The position numbers and the translations under genes are program-made. A stretch of DNA of 64,000 nucleotides from IMG/VR virus record IMGVR_UViG_3300020578_005808, positions 1-64,000 of that record, one strand, 5' to 3'. The notes under the pieces were generated by a model that did no database searches, was not told where the DNA came from, and was given only the letters and a program-made list of their open reading frames with translations. Positions 53,089-63,999 of this stretch are shown one piece after another. The stretch is from a virus. Its lineage: Duplodnaviria > Caudoviricetes. Within the stretch, counting starts at the first letter, position 1. Every line of letters begins with the position of its first letter.

Positions 53089-56000
53089 TTAATATTTTGA
53101 TTCGAATTGAGCCCTTAAAACAGTTTGATGATCCGCTGGCATATCATAAACGCTACGCATCAAATCTTCAAATAAATAATCTCCCACGGCTGAATCATAC
53201 CCTCCGGGCAAATCCATACCAGTTAACCCTTCATTAATAATAGCAATCATTTGATCTGGAGATAATTCAGTATCTCTATTTATAAAGCCATTACACATAG
53301 CTCTTAAATAGTATTCCATTTGATTATAATGATCCGAATACATTACTGTTTGAGGCGCAACCCTAGGAATAAGCTTGGTAAAATAAAATCTAGGATAGCA
53401 GCAGCCGAATGGTCTTTGCTTGCTCCAAAATTGATTATTATCTAAAGCAACATCTCCTATTATACCCCTAGGACAAGATCTTTTAGTAATTATATGTAAA
53501 ATATAATCTATAACAGCAGACTCGTCACTCCTAAATTGAAACGCATTAGCTTTATTTATATAATCATTTAAATTTTCACTTACTTTACCACTAAATTGAG
53601 GCACTTGACCATTAATATCACTAGGACTTAATCTTGAATTTAACGTAACTTTAATAATTTCACAATTAGGGTCATAAGGATTTACTCTAACTGCAGATTC
53701 TATATAATAAGGGGGAGTGTAGACTGGGCAGCTTAAAGCAAATCTTGGAGCGTAAAGAGGATCTGAATTTCCCGCTTTAGAAATATTAGTATTAGCACTT
53801 TCAATATAAGTATAACCCGGCGGAGCTTCTACAACCAATGGAATATCGTTTGCTCTACTAGTAACATTAGCTAAATGTTTTTTTACATTTTTAGAAGTGA
53901 ATCGATTATTTTCCAAAGCATCACTAGAGGTTAAACAACGACCATTTAAAGCGCCCATGATGTCACCATACATTTCTGGCTTCCAAGCGGAAGAATTAGA
54001 CCAATGATATAAATTATAAGATAAAAACATGGTCCATTCGTTTGTTATATTACCATTAGCATATTGTTCGTGCTTTCCGTCAGGAGCAATTTTACTTTTC
54101 GGTTTATCAAACTGAGCGTTGTAAGAAGTAATTCCTTCTAATTCATAAACACCTATCGATGGCGAAGATGTGTATGAAACATAATAAAAATCACCACCTA
54201 GGAATTTTTGACCGTGAACGTATTTCTTAACCTCTTTTTGAGCGCTTTTATATAAAATGAAATTGTTTGGATCTTTCGCCGAATCTAACACTATATACCA
54301 ATTACCTTTTATAATAGGAATAAATTGCTCAGTTTTAGAACCAATTATATTACGATTTCCAACTGGAGTAATAGATGGACCTAAACCTCTAAATATATCC
54401 ACACCAGTATTTTTCATCCCATAAGCAAATCTAGAAAAATATAAAACAGATTTGCCATTTTCAACTTCATAATCAACTAAATTTACCCTATCAGCTAATT
54501 TAATAATACTTGATATAAATTTTCTAGTAGACTCATAAACAGGATTAGCGCTTACGAAAGCGTCATTTTGATATAATATAGAATCAGGTCTTAAAGTATA
54601 AGCTACTCCAAATTTGTAATAATTGCTGAAAACTTTTTTACACATGTCCCCATTAAAATGACCTACGGGATCTAATGTTCCGATGTCTCTTCCTTGTCCC
54701 TCCGTAGTCGCCACTCTCATCATCACGTAAGCGTCTGCTACGGTAGGCTTCATTTCAAACACATGAGCTAATTTTAAAAAGATAGAAAATTGATTAAGTT
54801 GATAAGTCGGAGATCCACCGTTTATAGAATCAGAAATTAATTTTCCCACATTTAAAAAACCATCATTTTCTGAAGAGGTAGATCTAACCTTAAAAGTAAC
54901 TTTACCCTTTACTGGATATTCAAAATAATAAATTTTGTTATATTGAAAAACTTGATATTGATTACTAGAAGCTGTAATTCCATTATTAATTGCTCCAGTT
55001 CTGTTATTTACAATATAACGAGACTCGTTACCAACAGAAATGCCAACATAAAATTTACCGTCAACATAAATATCAATCGATAATCCTTTTAATAATTCTG
55101 GACCTTCGGATAAAAAAGTAGAAGCAATATCGGAAGTCTGAATAAACAAAGCTGCCAAACAAAATTTGTTGTCAGATCCTTTGGGATTAGTATCAAAAAT
55201 ATAATTGTCTCCATTTTTAAACGTGAATCCATCATTTGGATTATCAGCTACAGCATTTATCGAATTTAAACATTTAACATAGTTAAAGCCAGTAGGGTTT
55301 TTTAATGGCGCGGACCAAACAAAACTTTGAGTTTCTGGAAATAATTCTGGATAGCCAATGTTATCATATTTAATTACATTGTTTCCAAGTTTATCTTTTT
55401 TTATTTGACCGTTTTGATCCAGTTCAAATTTGGGATTTGCATAATTAGGAGCCAAAATAAATTGTTTAGCAAAAAAAGTCTCATAATTAAATCCATGATC
55501 TGTTACATTTGGAAATACTTTATTGTGTCGCGCCCTTTGATCTTCGGTTCCTCTGAAGTAGGATAAGTAATAAAACATTGCTTGATCCACTTGATCTTTA
55601 ACTGCGTTTTTCTTTCTAAATACTCCTCCTTTTCCATTTACATCTGGAACGTAACTTGGAGCATATCTTCCCATTGAAGCAGTTTCCATTACAAAACGTA
55701 AATGTTTTCTAGCAGCACCAGCGATCCCTAAAGAAAGTAACTGTAAAGTTTTTTCTTTTACTATTCCATTAGAATCAACATATTTATAATTAGGAAGAAA
55801 AGCGCAACATCCCCTTTGAATTTCAGAATCTTGCCAAACTTGATTTAATCTGGGATGCCCACTAGAAGTTTTCAGAACTCCTTCGGCAGCAGTTGTTTTA
55901 GGAAATTTTACCTCTAATCCTGTTAATCTAACTCCTTCCGACCAGTAACCGTGAATTCTTTCTTTTGTTTCGTCTGTAATTCCATTGACTTGTTTTACTT

Positions 56001-56337
56001 TACTATTATTACCAAAAAGCCAAGCCATGAATGGGTTAGCTACATTTGCTCCCTGAGGTTCTCCTGCTGGAGCTTCAGGCCAACTAAATTTACCAAACAT
56101 CATTTTGGGCTCTAAATAAGCGTAAAACTTAAACCACTCATCTTGAGCTGGATAATTATCTCCATCTGGATTTCTCATACCCCTAAACATCGAGTATGCG
56201 TAATAAAAAATTCTCCAAGCGCAATCTCCAACTCCAGAAAGAATTCTAGAATTAAAAGCGTCAGCCAAGCGATTATGATCTTTAGCGAGCGGCCTTGTTT
56301 TTTGAACAACTAAATTAGCATTAGTAATTTTAATCAT
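53089..56337 (-). CDS. Large probable virion structural protein
   Basis: 1082 aa; tightly coupled to neighbours; shares a Y..GQ.F.GG module with the 3233-aa protein. Confidence 0.7.
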   Translation of the reverse strand: MIKITNANLVVQKTRPLAKDHNRLADAFNSRILSGVGDCAWRIFYYAYSMFRGMRNPDGDNYPAQDEWFKFYAYLEPKMMFGKFSWPEAPAGEPQGANVANPFMAWLFGNNSKVKQVNGITDETKERIHGYWSEGVRLTGLEVKFPKTTAAEGVLKTSSGHPRLNQVWQDSEIQRGCCAFLPNYKYVDSNGIVKEKTLQLLSLGIAGAARKHLRFVMETASMGRYAPSYVPDVNGKGGVFRKKNAVKDQVDQAMFYYLSYFRGTEDQRARHNKVFPNVTDHGFNYETFFAKQFILAPNYANPKFELDQNGQIKKDKLGNNVIKYDNIGYPELFPETQSFVWSAPLKNPTGFNYVKCLNSINAVADNPNDGFTFKNGDNYIFDTNPKGSDNKFCLAALFIQTSDIASTFLSEGPELLKGLSIDIYVDGKFYVGISVGNESRYIVNNRTGAINNGITASSNQYQVFQYNKIYYFEYPVKGKVTFKVRSTSSENDGFLNVGKLISDSINGGSPTYQLNQFSIFLKLAHVFEMKPTVADAYVMMRVATTEGQGRDIGTLDPVGHFNGDMCKKVFSNYYKFGVAYTLRPDSILYQNDAFVSANPVYESTRKFISSIIKLADRVNLVDYEVENGKSVLYFSRFAYGMKNTGVDIFRGLGPSITPVGNRNIIGSKTEQFIPIIKGNWYIVLDSAKDPNNFILYKSAQKEVKKYVHGQKFLGGDFYYVSYTSSPSIGVYELEGITSYNAQFDKPKSKIAPDGKHEQYANGNITNEWTMFLSYNLYHWSNSSAWKPEMYGDIMGALNGRCLTSSDALENNRFTSKNVKKHLANVTSRANDIPLVVEAPPGYTYIESANTNISKAGNSDPLYAPRFALSCPVYTPPYYIESAVRVNPYDPNCEIIKVTLNSRLSPSDINGQVPQFSGKVSENLNDYINKANAFQFRSDESAVIDYILHIITKRSCPRGIIGDVALDNNQFWSKQRPFGCCYPRFYFTKLIPRVAPQTVMYSDHYNQMEYYLRAMCNGFINRDTELSPDQMIAIINEGLTGMDLPGGYDSAVGDYLFEDLMRSVYDMPADHQTVLRAQFESKY

Positions 56338-56338
56338 T

Positions 56339-56890
56339 TTAACTCCATACTCCTATGCCGCCTGATCCACCAGTTGATTCTCTAAATCTAGATCTCCCTT
56401 TGATATTTGTGTCTCTAAATACAAGAGTTTTATTTTTTGAGACTACGGGGCTTGAAACTCCATTTATAGTTTGGAGAGTTAAAATAGACTCATAAGATGC
56501 TGAAGCTCTAATTTTTTCTCCATAACGATAAGGAGATGATAATTTACTTGGAGACATATTAATAAAGTCTTCAGGCATTTTTACGATACTAAATTTTAAA
56601 CCTCTAGAAACAGCATTAGCTGTTTTAAAAGTATCTTTATTTAATAATACTGGAGTATTAACGCATAAAATTTTACCAGTGGCATAGTTAATAAAGTTAT
56701 ATCCAAATTCCCCAGAAGGATTATTTATTTGACTAGCAATTTTATTTTTTAAAGCAGTATATTCAACGGGGATAGAATCAAAACCGAAAGCACTTTGAGA
56801 ACCATTAAAATTAAAAATATATAAATCTACATAACTAGATCTAAACGGAGAATTTTTAATAGGTTGAATTTGATTGGTTCTATTATTCAT
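56339..56890 (-). CDS. Hypothetical structural-operon protein
   Basis: 183-aa ORF, 1-nt overlap/spacing with neighbours. Confidence 0.7.
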   Translation of the reverse strand: MNNRTNQIQPIKNSPFRSSYVDLYIFNFNGSQSAFGFDSIPVEYTALKNKIASQINNPSGEFGYNFINYATGKILCVNTPVLLNKDTFKTANAVSRGLKFSIVKMPEDFINMSPSKLSSPYRYGEKIRASASYESILTLQTINGVSSPVVSKNKTLVFRDTNIKGRSRFRESTGGSGGIGVWS

Positions 56891-58560
56891 TATCGAACTC
56901 CTGTTATATATTGATTTATTAAATTATTATCAATTCCGCTAATTGTTAATTTAGCTACCAACGGATTTATATCGTAAGTTGTATTGTAAGATACTTTTAA
57001 ATTAATTGGAGAATCAAAATAAGAAAAATTATCAGATCTTAAATATCCGCTTACAGATGTATAATTATAAGATTTAAAGCTCCTATAATCACTATTAATT
57101 CCAGTAAATAAATCATAACAACCAGTAAAAGATTTAGTATAACTCAAAAAGTCCGCATTTCCAGAAGCCAAAGTAGGAGTAGTATTATTAATTATACCAG
57201 TACCCCCAGAAAAAATTATTGCTGGCGCAGATGTATATCCAGATCCAAAAAAAGTTAATTCAACAGAACTCACTTGATCGAAATCGCTTGTTGTCGTTCC
57301 TAAATAAGCAATACCGGCAGCTAAAGCATTGGGATTATAATAAAAAAACTGCCCTCCTCCAGTATTTGTTATGTCTAATACTGTTCCGCCCCTACCAGTT
57401 GAAACAGTAAACAGTTCTGGATCACCCGGAAAAGTAGTTTTGACATAATAAATAGTATTAGATTTTATTGGATTAGGCAAAGCTATCCCTGATTTAGCAT
57501 AAAAAGAAATAGGATCTCCAGTTGCTAAATTAAAAGCAATACTATCTGATCTCACCAATCTTTCGTTAGAAATATCCAATATGCTAACTTTTTGATGATC
57601 AAATCCACCGCTAAAAATTATCGTTGGCGTCGTTAAGTATCCATTGCCGCCACTAGCTACACTAACATTATAAACTAAACCATAATATCCCGTTTGACCT
57701 GATACATAAGACAAGGATACAGAAATTGGTAATGAGGAAGGCTCCAATGAAGTATAATTTGTAGCATATGAATAGAAAAATTCATTTTCCGCAATCTTCA
57801 CAGACCCTGTTTCTTCGGAAGGATTAATTATAGCATTAACCCAATCGTTAGATGGAGTTGTATTTTCTTCTGTTTGATTAAAATTAAAAATATAATCTAA
57901 AAACGGTTTTTCCACTCCCGTAATTAAAAAATCATTTTCGTAAACTCCAGCATTTGTATCTAATGTAAACGAAGTAATGAATTTATTAACTGCTGGATCT
58001 TTTTGTTTTATTATTGTTTGACCGCTTGTATTGGTAGTTATATATCCAGTTGGCAAACTTAAAAACTCAAAAGAAGATAAATCCTCAAAAAAACCTGTGA
58101 AAACTTTGATTCCACTAATACTATTAGTTGTTAAATAACCAGTTATGTTTTGACCAGTTATAAAAGTGGAAGGCGAAGATAATTGCAAAGTTGGTTTTTC
58201 ACTTTTAATTAATATTGAAGCATCGATAGAAACACCAGAAGGATCTATAAAAAAATTATCTACAAAAAAATTATCCTTCAATCCAGAATAAGTTACTACT
58301 TCATTATTTATTGAATAGTCATAAGCTGATCCAGAAAAATTAGTAAATAAAGTGAATAAATCATTTGGAATGTATGAAGAAAAATATCGATTTTGATTAT
58401 CTAAAATTCTTCCACTAATAAAAGAAAATCCATATGTTTTTTCATTTCCACTGAAACCAATCCTTGCTGAACCAGTAACATTAGAAAATGATAAATCAAA
58501 AGATGCAGAAAATGCATTATTTCTCACCAAACCTCGATATTTCAGTCCGGAAACAATCAT
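56890..58560 (-). CDS. Probable tail/baseplate protein with GxGY-P repeats
   Basis: VSVASGGNGYLTTPTIIFSGG and LTFFGSGYTSAPAIIFSGG repeats. Confidence 0.7.
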   Translation of the reverse strand: MIVSGLKYRGLVRNNAFSASFDLSFSNVTGSARIGFSGNEKTYGFSFISGRILDNQNRYFSSYIPNDLFTLFTNFSGSAYDYSINNEVVTYSGLKDNFFVDNFFIDPSGVSIDASILIKSEKPTLQLSSPSTFITGQNITGYLTTNSISGIKVFTGFFEDLSSFEFLSLPTGYITTNTSGQTIIKQKDPAVNKFITSFTLDTNAGVYENDFLITGVEKPFLDYIFNFNQTEENTTPSNDWVNAIINPSEETGSVKIAENEFFYSYATNYTSLEPSSLPISVSLSYVSGQTGYYGLVYNVSVASGGNGYLTTPTIIFSGGFDHQKVSILDISNERLVRSDSIAFNLATGDPISFYAKSGIALPNPIKSNTIYYVKTTFPGDPELFTVSTGRGGTVLDITNTGGGQFFYYNPNALAAGIAYLGTTTSDFDQVSSVELTFFGSGYTSAPAIIFSGGTGIINNTTPTLASGNADFLSYTKSFTGCYDLFTGINSDYRSFKSYNYTSVSGYLRSDNFSYFDSPINLKVSYNTTYDINPLVAKLTISGIDNNLINQYITGVR

Positions 58561-61500
58561 TGGAAGTAATTTGTATTTAAAAGTTTGATATTAGGTTTAT
58601 TTTTTCTTATTAAAGTTTCCAAATTCTCCATAGTTTTTGGATAACTTTCAAAAGAACAGTTTAAGGTTAAACCATTTTCAGCAAGATTTATTGTTAACTT
58701 GGTAAGTCCTTTATCAACAGTTAAAAGTTTTTGTAATTCTTGTGGGATATCATTACAAAAAATATCAGCTGTAAATTTTACATTTGGTTGGGTCAAGGAC
58801 TTAACGCTTGAATCATAATAAGCTTTCAAAGCAGAATGGAATCCGTTAAAGGTATTAAATTCGTAAGAAGGATTATCTCCATCGTAGCCTTGGTATTCTA
58901 TGAAAACTGGATAATTTGCCACCTTAGACAAATCGACTGGAGCACTAATAAACGAAGGATTAGTTTCGTCACCAAATAATTCTCTTACATTTGGAGTAAT
59001 ATTATTAACTTCCAAAGCAACTGAAAAATTTTCATTATTTATAATTTTTAATAAATCATCTGCATTTTCTAAACCACCTAAGACATAATTCCTAAACGGT
59101 AAAAAAACTTGGCTAGATGTTTTACTAATTAATCGAATTTTATATTTGTTTTGAGATGGAGCAACTATTGATTCATATTGAGAAGTAGTTTTAAATTTAG
59201 AATAAGTTACATTTCCGGGTGCTCTTAAACTTTGTACCAAGATAGATTGGTGTTTGGAAGGATCTACGAAAGCCTCTAAACTTAAATTACCATTCGCAGT
59301 GCTAGATCTAAAAATTTGACCTAAAACATAATTATCTAAAAAAGCAGAATTATTTCTTAATATTCGAACTTGAAAGCAAGAATATGGATTTGGACCTGAA
59401 GCAAAATCTATAGAATCATCATTTCCAGAATTAGTTTGAGATTGCTCACATGGTTTAATGCAGGTCTCATAAAGAAGAGTTTTATTGCAAGTTTTTTGAT
59501 TTCTCGCAACGGTACTTTGAGCGCCAGAAGAATTAATTCTTAATATTTCAGAACATCTAGCATAAATACTATTTTGGACTTCTATTGGATTAGCTTGATT
59601 CGCGTAAGACCTAAAACTAAAAATTTGTCTTCTTTGATTTACCCCTATCAAGGTACCAAATTTAAAGGAACCTAAAGCAACATTTTGTAAATTAATGGGT
59701 AAAACAGATTGTAAAAGACCAAGAGAAACTGGAGAAAGTTCTTTAAAAACAGGCGAATAAATTTCGCTCAGGTCAACGTTTTGAGGTGCTGCTGTAGTGT
59801 CTCCTGCGATTGAAATTTTTAAATTAGCAATGTCATTAATAAATTCTTGATAAACACCATAAGCAGCAGAAGATCTTTCGTAAAAAAATCTATATTTTCT
59901 AAGCGTATAAGAATTACCTTGCATTTGAGCGAAAGCATCTTTTGCTAAATTGCAAATATTATTAATGTTTGCTGCCGCATCTGCTAGAGTTCTATACGCT
60001 TCAAAATATTGAGTAGTACCAGTAGAAAAAACAGCAGAAATAGAATTTAATAAATATCTAGCTTGTTTAAAAACATCTAAATTATAAAGTTGCCCAACTA
60101 AAACTTTTTGAACTGGAGCTGAAGACGTTAATTCATATTTACCATAAAAATCTTCATTTCCATATTCTCCATCTTCGATTTGTAAAGGATCAGACCAATA
60201 ATATCTACCAATAAAATCTGCAATAAAAGATTCCATTGATAATACTGCTCTAGACAACTCATCATTATAAAACCCTAAGTGAACATTGTAATTGGGGGTA
60301 GCGTCGTCTTCTGAAAATAAATTTTGAGATTGAATTTCTAAAACTTGAGAAATAGCCTCTGTATAAAGTAAAGTATTATCATTTGATAACGCTACTTGAG
60401 ATAAAGAAGGGTCTCCATAAAAAGGAATAAAACCTAAAGCCTCAAAAGCTCCAATACTATAATTATAAATTTCCCTTAATCTAGGAGAATGTTTTCCTAA
60501 AATAGCAGACGTAATAACTTGCTCATATGTTCTATAGGCTCCTGAAAAATCCCTTGTTGGAATTAAATCTTTAGGCTTACTACCAAAAAGTTGCGGAAAT
60601 TGAGCGGCTAAATCAATATTATAAAAATCTATATTTCCCAAATCATTTTCGTAAACAATAGATTTTTCTTTAGCATCTTTGAAATAAAACGAAGAATATA
60701 ATTTTAATTGCTGCTGAGAAATATCGTAAGAAAAATCTTGGGATCTTACAACAAAAGATGAGTTGTTTGTAGCTGACTCTAAATCTTCGAGTTCTAATTT
60801 AGCGGATAAAACTGCTTCCTTAGATAAACTAGAAGATAAATCAATTCCCTTTAAAGTAAATGATGTAGAACTTGTTTTAGTAAAATCAACACAATAACTA
60901 AAAGCATAATCTTCGCACCATTGATTTAATACTTGTTTTAAAGTGCCATGGTAAGATTTTTTTAATTTACCATTAGATTTATCTCTTAAACTATCAAAAT
61001 TTATATCCGAAGATTTATTTGGATTAAAATTTGCAGGCTTTTCATTTTCTACAATTTTAATGCCTAATGATTTTACAGCTTTTAATAAAGAGTCGAAAGA
61101 GTAAGAAACTTCAGCAGGAGAGCATGGGGCATCTTTAAATTCTTCTTCTCCTAAAATGATTACAGCACCATATCCTTTAAAAATGGTTTTATTTGGGGAA
61201 GATGATGTTATCGTTATGTAATTAGTTCTAGCTTCGCTTGAAGAATTATCGTCTGAATTGATTTTAAAACTAGAAGCTAAGTTGGTCGAAATTTTTTCAA
61301 AAAACTTATCTTTTAAATTTTGATTAGAAAAATGTAAAGTTTGTTTTAAGTTGTCAAGAGTTACTGTTCCAGCAGCGCAAGTTGTACCTACTTGAGGGCA
61401 TGAAATTTTAATACCGCTTACTAAAGCGTCCGCTTCGGATCTTTCATCTAGAGCAACCTGTTGTCCTAAAAGACCAACAAAAATTTTATCAAGTACAAAA

Positions 61501-62021
61501 GAGTTATCTTTTAGTGTTAGAGTTAAAATCTTCTGATCATTTTTTTTGCTTATTGAAAAGGAAGTAATTTTAAAATTCTTAAATTCATAACTTGGAGCGC
61601 CTATTTCATTATATATTCCAATATCATAAGAACAATTAACACCAATGTAATTAGGATCTATATTGAAATCTTTATCTGAGATTTTTGCTATTTCATTTTG
61701 AGTTCCTAGATATGTTCCAGCTCCTGCATTACCTAAATTGCCAACAAAATTTTGCGGAGCAGCTTTTTGAGAGGCGACTAAAGATTTTACTCTTTTAATG
61801 TCTCTCTTTCTGTCCGAAATAGTATCCGAATTTCGTTTTACTTGATTTAAAGTTTTATTCAGCGCTAAGTTTAGTGTTAAAGTACTAGACTCTCCATTAT
61901 AACCAACATCCAAAGACATATTAAAAACATAACCATTAAATAATTTATTGGAAAGGTTTTCTATACTTGTCCCTATCCGTCTGGTTATATTTATCGAACT
62001 GTTGTTTTTTACTGCTCCCAT
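58557..62021 (-). CDS. Probable baseplate hub / tail protein
   Basis: 1154 aa; N-terminal pattern (FKITSFSISK...LTLTLKD; GTLKQVLNQWCEDYAFSYCVDF) reminiscent of hub proteins, weak. Confidence 0.55.
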   Translation of the reverse strand: MGAVKNNSSINITRRIGTSIENLSNKLFNGYVFNMSLDVGYNGESSTLTLNLALNKTLNQVKRNSDTISDRKRDIKRVKSLVASQKAAPQNFVGNLGNAGAGTYLGTQNEIAKISDKDFNIDPNYIGVNCSYDIGIYNEIGAPSYEFKNFKITSFSISKKNDQKILTLTLKDNSFVLDKIFVGLLGQQVALDERSEADALVSGIKISCPQVGTTCAAGTVTLDNLKQTLHFSNQNLKDKFFEKISTNLASSFKINSDDNSSSEARTNYITITSSSPNKTIFKGYGAVIILGEEEFKDAPCSPAEVSYSFDSLLKAVKSLGIKIVENEKPANFNPNKSSDINFDSLRDKSNGKLKKSYHGTLKQVLNQWCEDYAFSYCVDFTKTSSTSFTLKGIDLSSSLSKEAVLSAKLELEDLESATNNSSFVVRSQDFSYDISQQQLKLYSSFYFKDAKEKSIVYENDLGNIDFYNIDLAAQFPQLFGSKPKDLIPTRDFSGAYRTYEQVITSAILGKHSPRLREIYNYSIGAFEALGFIPFYGDPSLSQVALSNDNTLLYTEAISQVLEIQSQNLFSEDDATPNYNVHLGFYNDELSRAVLSMESFIADFIGRYYWSDPLQIEDGEYGNEDFYGKYELTSSAPVQKVLVGQLYNLDVFKQARYLLNSISAVFSTGTTQYFEAYRTLADAAANINNICNLAKDAFAQMQGNSYTLRKYRFFYERSSAAYGVYQEFINDIANLKISIAGDTTAAPQNVDLSEIYSPVFKELSPVSLGLLQSVLPINLQNVALGSFKFGTLIGVNQRRQIFSFRSYANQANPIEVQNSIYARCSEILRINSSGAQSTVARNQKTCNKTLLYETCIKPCEQSQTNSGNDDSIDFASGPNPYSCFQVRILRNNSAFLDNYVLGQIFRSSTANGNLSLEAFVDPSKHQSILVQSLRAPGNVTYSKFKTTSQYESIVAPSQNKYKIRLISKTSSQVFLPFRNYVLGGLENADDLLKIINNENFSVALEVNNITPNVRELFGDETNPSFISAPVDLSKVANYPVFIEYQGYDGDNPSYEFNTFNGFHSALKAYYDSSVKSLTQPNVKFTADIFCNDIPQELQKLLTVDKGLTKLTINLAENGLTLNCSFESYPKTMENLETLIRKNKPNIKLLNTNYFQ

Positions 62022-62036
62022 ATGCCTTATTTGTAA

Positions 62037-63827
62037 TTACACGTTAAAAAATCCCGTATCATTATTATAAATAATGTCTTGATAAGGCTCTAATGAAAAT
62101 GTAGTATATTTTAAACTGAAATCTGAAAGTTTTTCATAATCGGCATATTTAACTTGCCTTAATCCATTGATCCATACCTGCTCGTCAAATAAAGGGGTAG
62201 AGGTTTCAAAATTATTATTATTGTAACCAGTATATCTAACTAAATTACTATTATGCTTTGGTAATAGAACTATATCTCCAGCGCAAAATCCACTAGGCGC
62301 TAACACCGCAAAAGATCCAGAAGGACTATAATCAACACCAGAAATCATTTTGATTCCATTTAAATAAATATCTCTATTATTAATAAAAGATAATGGTATA
62401 TTAATAAATCCATTTGTTTCATCAGAACTTGAAGCTCCAGTTATTGAACCCGAGCCTTGGATAAAATCATAGACAGCAATATCATCTCTATCAAAAAACC
62501 CCTGAGAATCTAAAAAATTTCCAGACGGAACTAATTCTCCAGTATAAGAGTCGGAAAAAGCTGTAGTTAAAATCTGAGCTAATCCATTAACATAAAAGTT
62601 AATATTTTCTCCACTTCCAGTATTTAGTACAGAAAACTTAAGATTTGGATTAATAAAAGCTGCATTTAAATTTATATCATCACTATTTCTTCCAGAAAAT
62701 GAGTAAACTTCCTTATATGAGTCATCAAAGTTGTTAAATGATAAAATTTTTGAATTACAAAAACTCATTATGTATTTGTAATCTGGTAATCCACTAGAAG
62801 CGGTAAGCGTCATTAACTCATAATCCCCAGTGACTATTCCAGTTAATTCTATTAATTGTTCGCCATATAAGTTTCCAGTTAATCCAGAGTAGCTGTAAAT
62901 AGGAGTTGTTTGACCATTTATAGTTTCATAACCTTTTAAATACTGAGCGTATCCAGTAATTCCAGTCCTAATTAAAACATTTTCATACCTTACTCCGGTT
63001 ACTACATTATAAGAATTTGTTAAACCTAAATAATTTTCTGAATTATAACCCGAACAAAAAAAAGCCTCCGAAAAAGTATTTCTTTCTGGAAAATCTAATC
63101 CTTTATTAATAAATACAAATTGATCAACATAACCACTGAAATTTCTATAATCCAAACCAGAGGTTTCAAGACCTCCTATATAAAATTGGTAAGATGGGTT
63201 ATAATCAATAAGTGAAAATTTATTTTCGATAGAAAAAGAATTTAAATCTTCATATTGATGAAGACCAATATATAAGTCAGAATCTATTTTAGAAATAGAT
63301 GCTAAATTTTTATTATCTAATTCTTTATTTAAAGTAAAAATTCTTTTTCCAGAACTAGGCGTGTCGTATTCGTAGAATAATCTATTGCAACCATTAATAC
63401 CAAAAATAAATCCAGAAGTAGACGATACATTTTTCTTGCTTGAAATTAAAACTTTATTTTGATTAAAAAGCCCAGTTTCCAAATGCTTAAAAGCAATATA
63501 CATTGTCCAATCTTCATCTGTCACGTCACCTAAAATTCTATATTTAGAAAAACCATTAAAATTTCCACTGACGATAGCTTTATTAATTGATGAAGAGTCT
63601 GTAATACTAAAAGCTGGGTGTCCTGTATCTATTATTTTTGTTCCGTCATACTGAACCGACGAATCTTGCTCTAAGTTATAGAATAAATATCCAGTAACAT
63701 TAGATCCAAGATCGATAGTTTTATATTCATTATCTACTGAAGTGTTTAAAAATGAATAATCAATAATTAAATTTTCTCTCGGTAAGAAAATTTCATTTAA
63801 AAAACCAGATTTTACAATATCATTCAT
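62037..63827 (-). CDS. Structural protein with LamG-like domain and xNG-repeat C-terminus
   Basis: FYIGG...FSGYVDQFVFINK (LamG-like); FYVNGL, IYLNGI..ISGVDY, VWINGLRQ repeats. Confidence 0.72.
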   Translation of the reverse strand: MNDIVKSGFLNEIFLPRENLIIDYSFLNTSVDNEYKTIDLGSNVTGYLFYNLEQDSSVQYDGTKIIDTGHPAFSITDSSSINKAIVSGNFNGFSKYRILGDVTDEDWTMYIAFKHLETGLFNQNKVLISSKKNVSSTSGFIFGINGCNRLFYEYDTPSSGKRIFTLNKELDNKNLASISKIDSDLYIGLHQYEDLNSFSIENKFSLIDYNPSYQFYIGGLETSGLDYRNFSGYVDQFVFINKGLDFPERNTFSEAFFCSGYNSENYLGLTNSYNVVTGVRYENVLIRTGITGYAQYLKGYETINGQTTPIYSYSGLTGNLYGEQLIELTGIVTGDYELMTLTASSGLPDYKYIMSFCNSKILSFNNFDDSYKEVYSFSGRNSDDINLNAAFINPNLKFSVLNTGSGENINFYVNGLAQILTTAFSDSYTGELVPSGNFLDSQGFFDRDDIAVYDFIQGSGSITGASSSDETNGFINIPLSFINNRDIYLNGIKMISGVDYSPSGSFAVLAPSGFCAGDIVLLPKHNSNLVRYTGYNNNNFETSTPLFDEQVWINGLRQVKYADYEKLSDFSLKYTTFSLEPYQDIIYNNDTGFFNV

Positions 63828-63831
63828 TATG

Positions 63832-63999
63832 TTAAGTTAAAAATTGATTAGCGGATTTAATTATTCTTCTTGAATTTTTCTCAGTATCATTTAATTCATA
63901 AGAGTAAACTTTAGATAAACCAATTGTTGCTCCAAATTGATTAATAGTTAATGATGTTTTCGAGCTTGAGCTTTCAGTAGAAAAAACAGAAGCTTCTTC
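63832..63999 (-). CDS. C-terminal fragment of upstream structural-operon protein (5' outside window)
   Basis: Minus frame reads EEASVFSTESSSSKTSLTINQFGATIGLSKVYSYELNDTEKNSRRIIKSANQFLT*, stop 4 nt before ATG 63827. Confidence 0.7.
   Translation of the reverse strand, partial: EEASVFSTESSSSKTSLTINQFGATIGLSKVYSYELNDTEKNSRRIIKSANQFLT

Noticed and set aside
16437-60950. Other TGGCAC hexamers as sigma54 sites (for example about 16435, 19953, 22998, 27554, 38607, 60944)
   Set aside because: None has TTGC at the required 4-5 nt spacing or lies upstream of a start codon
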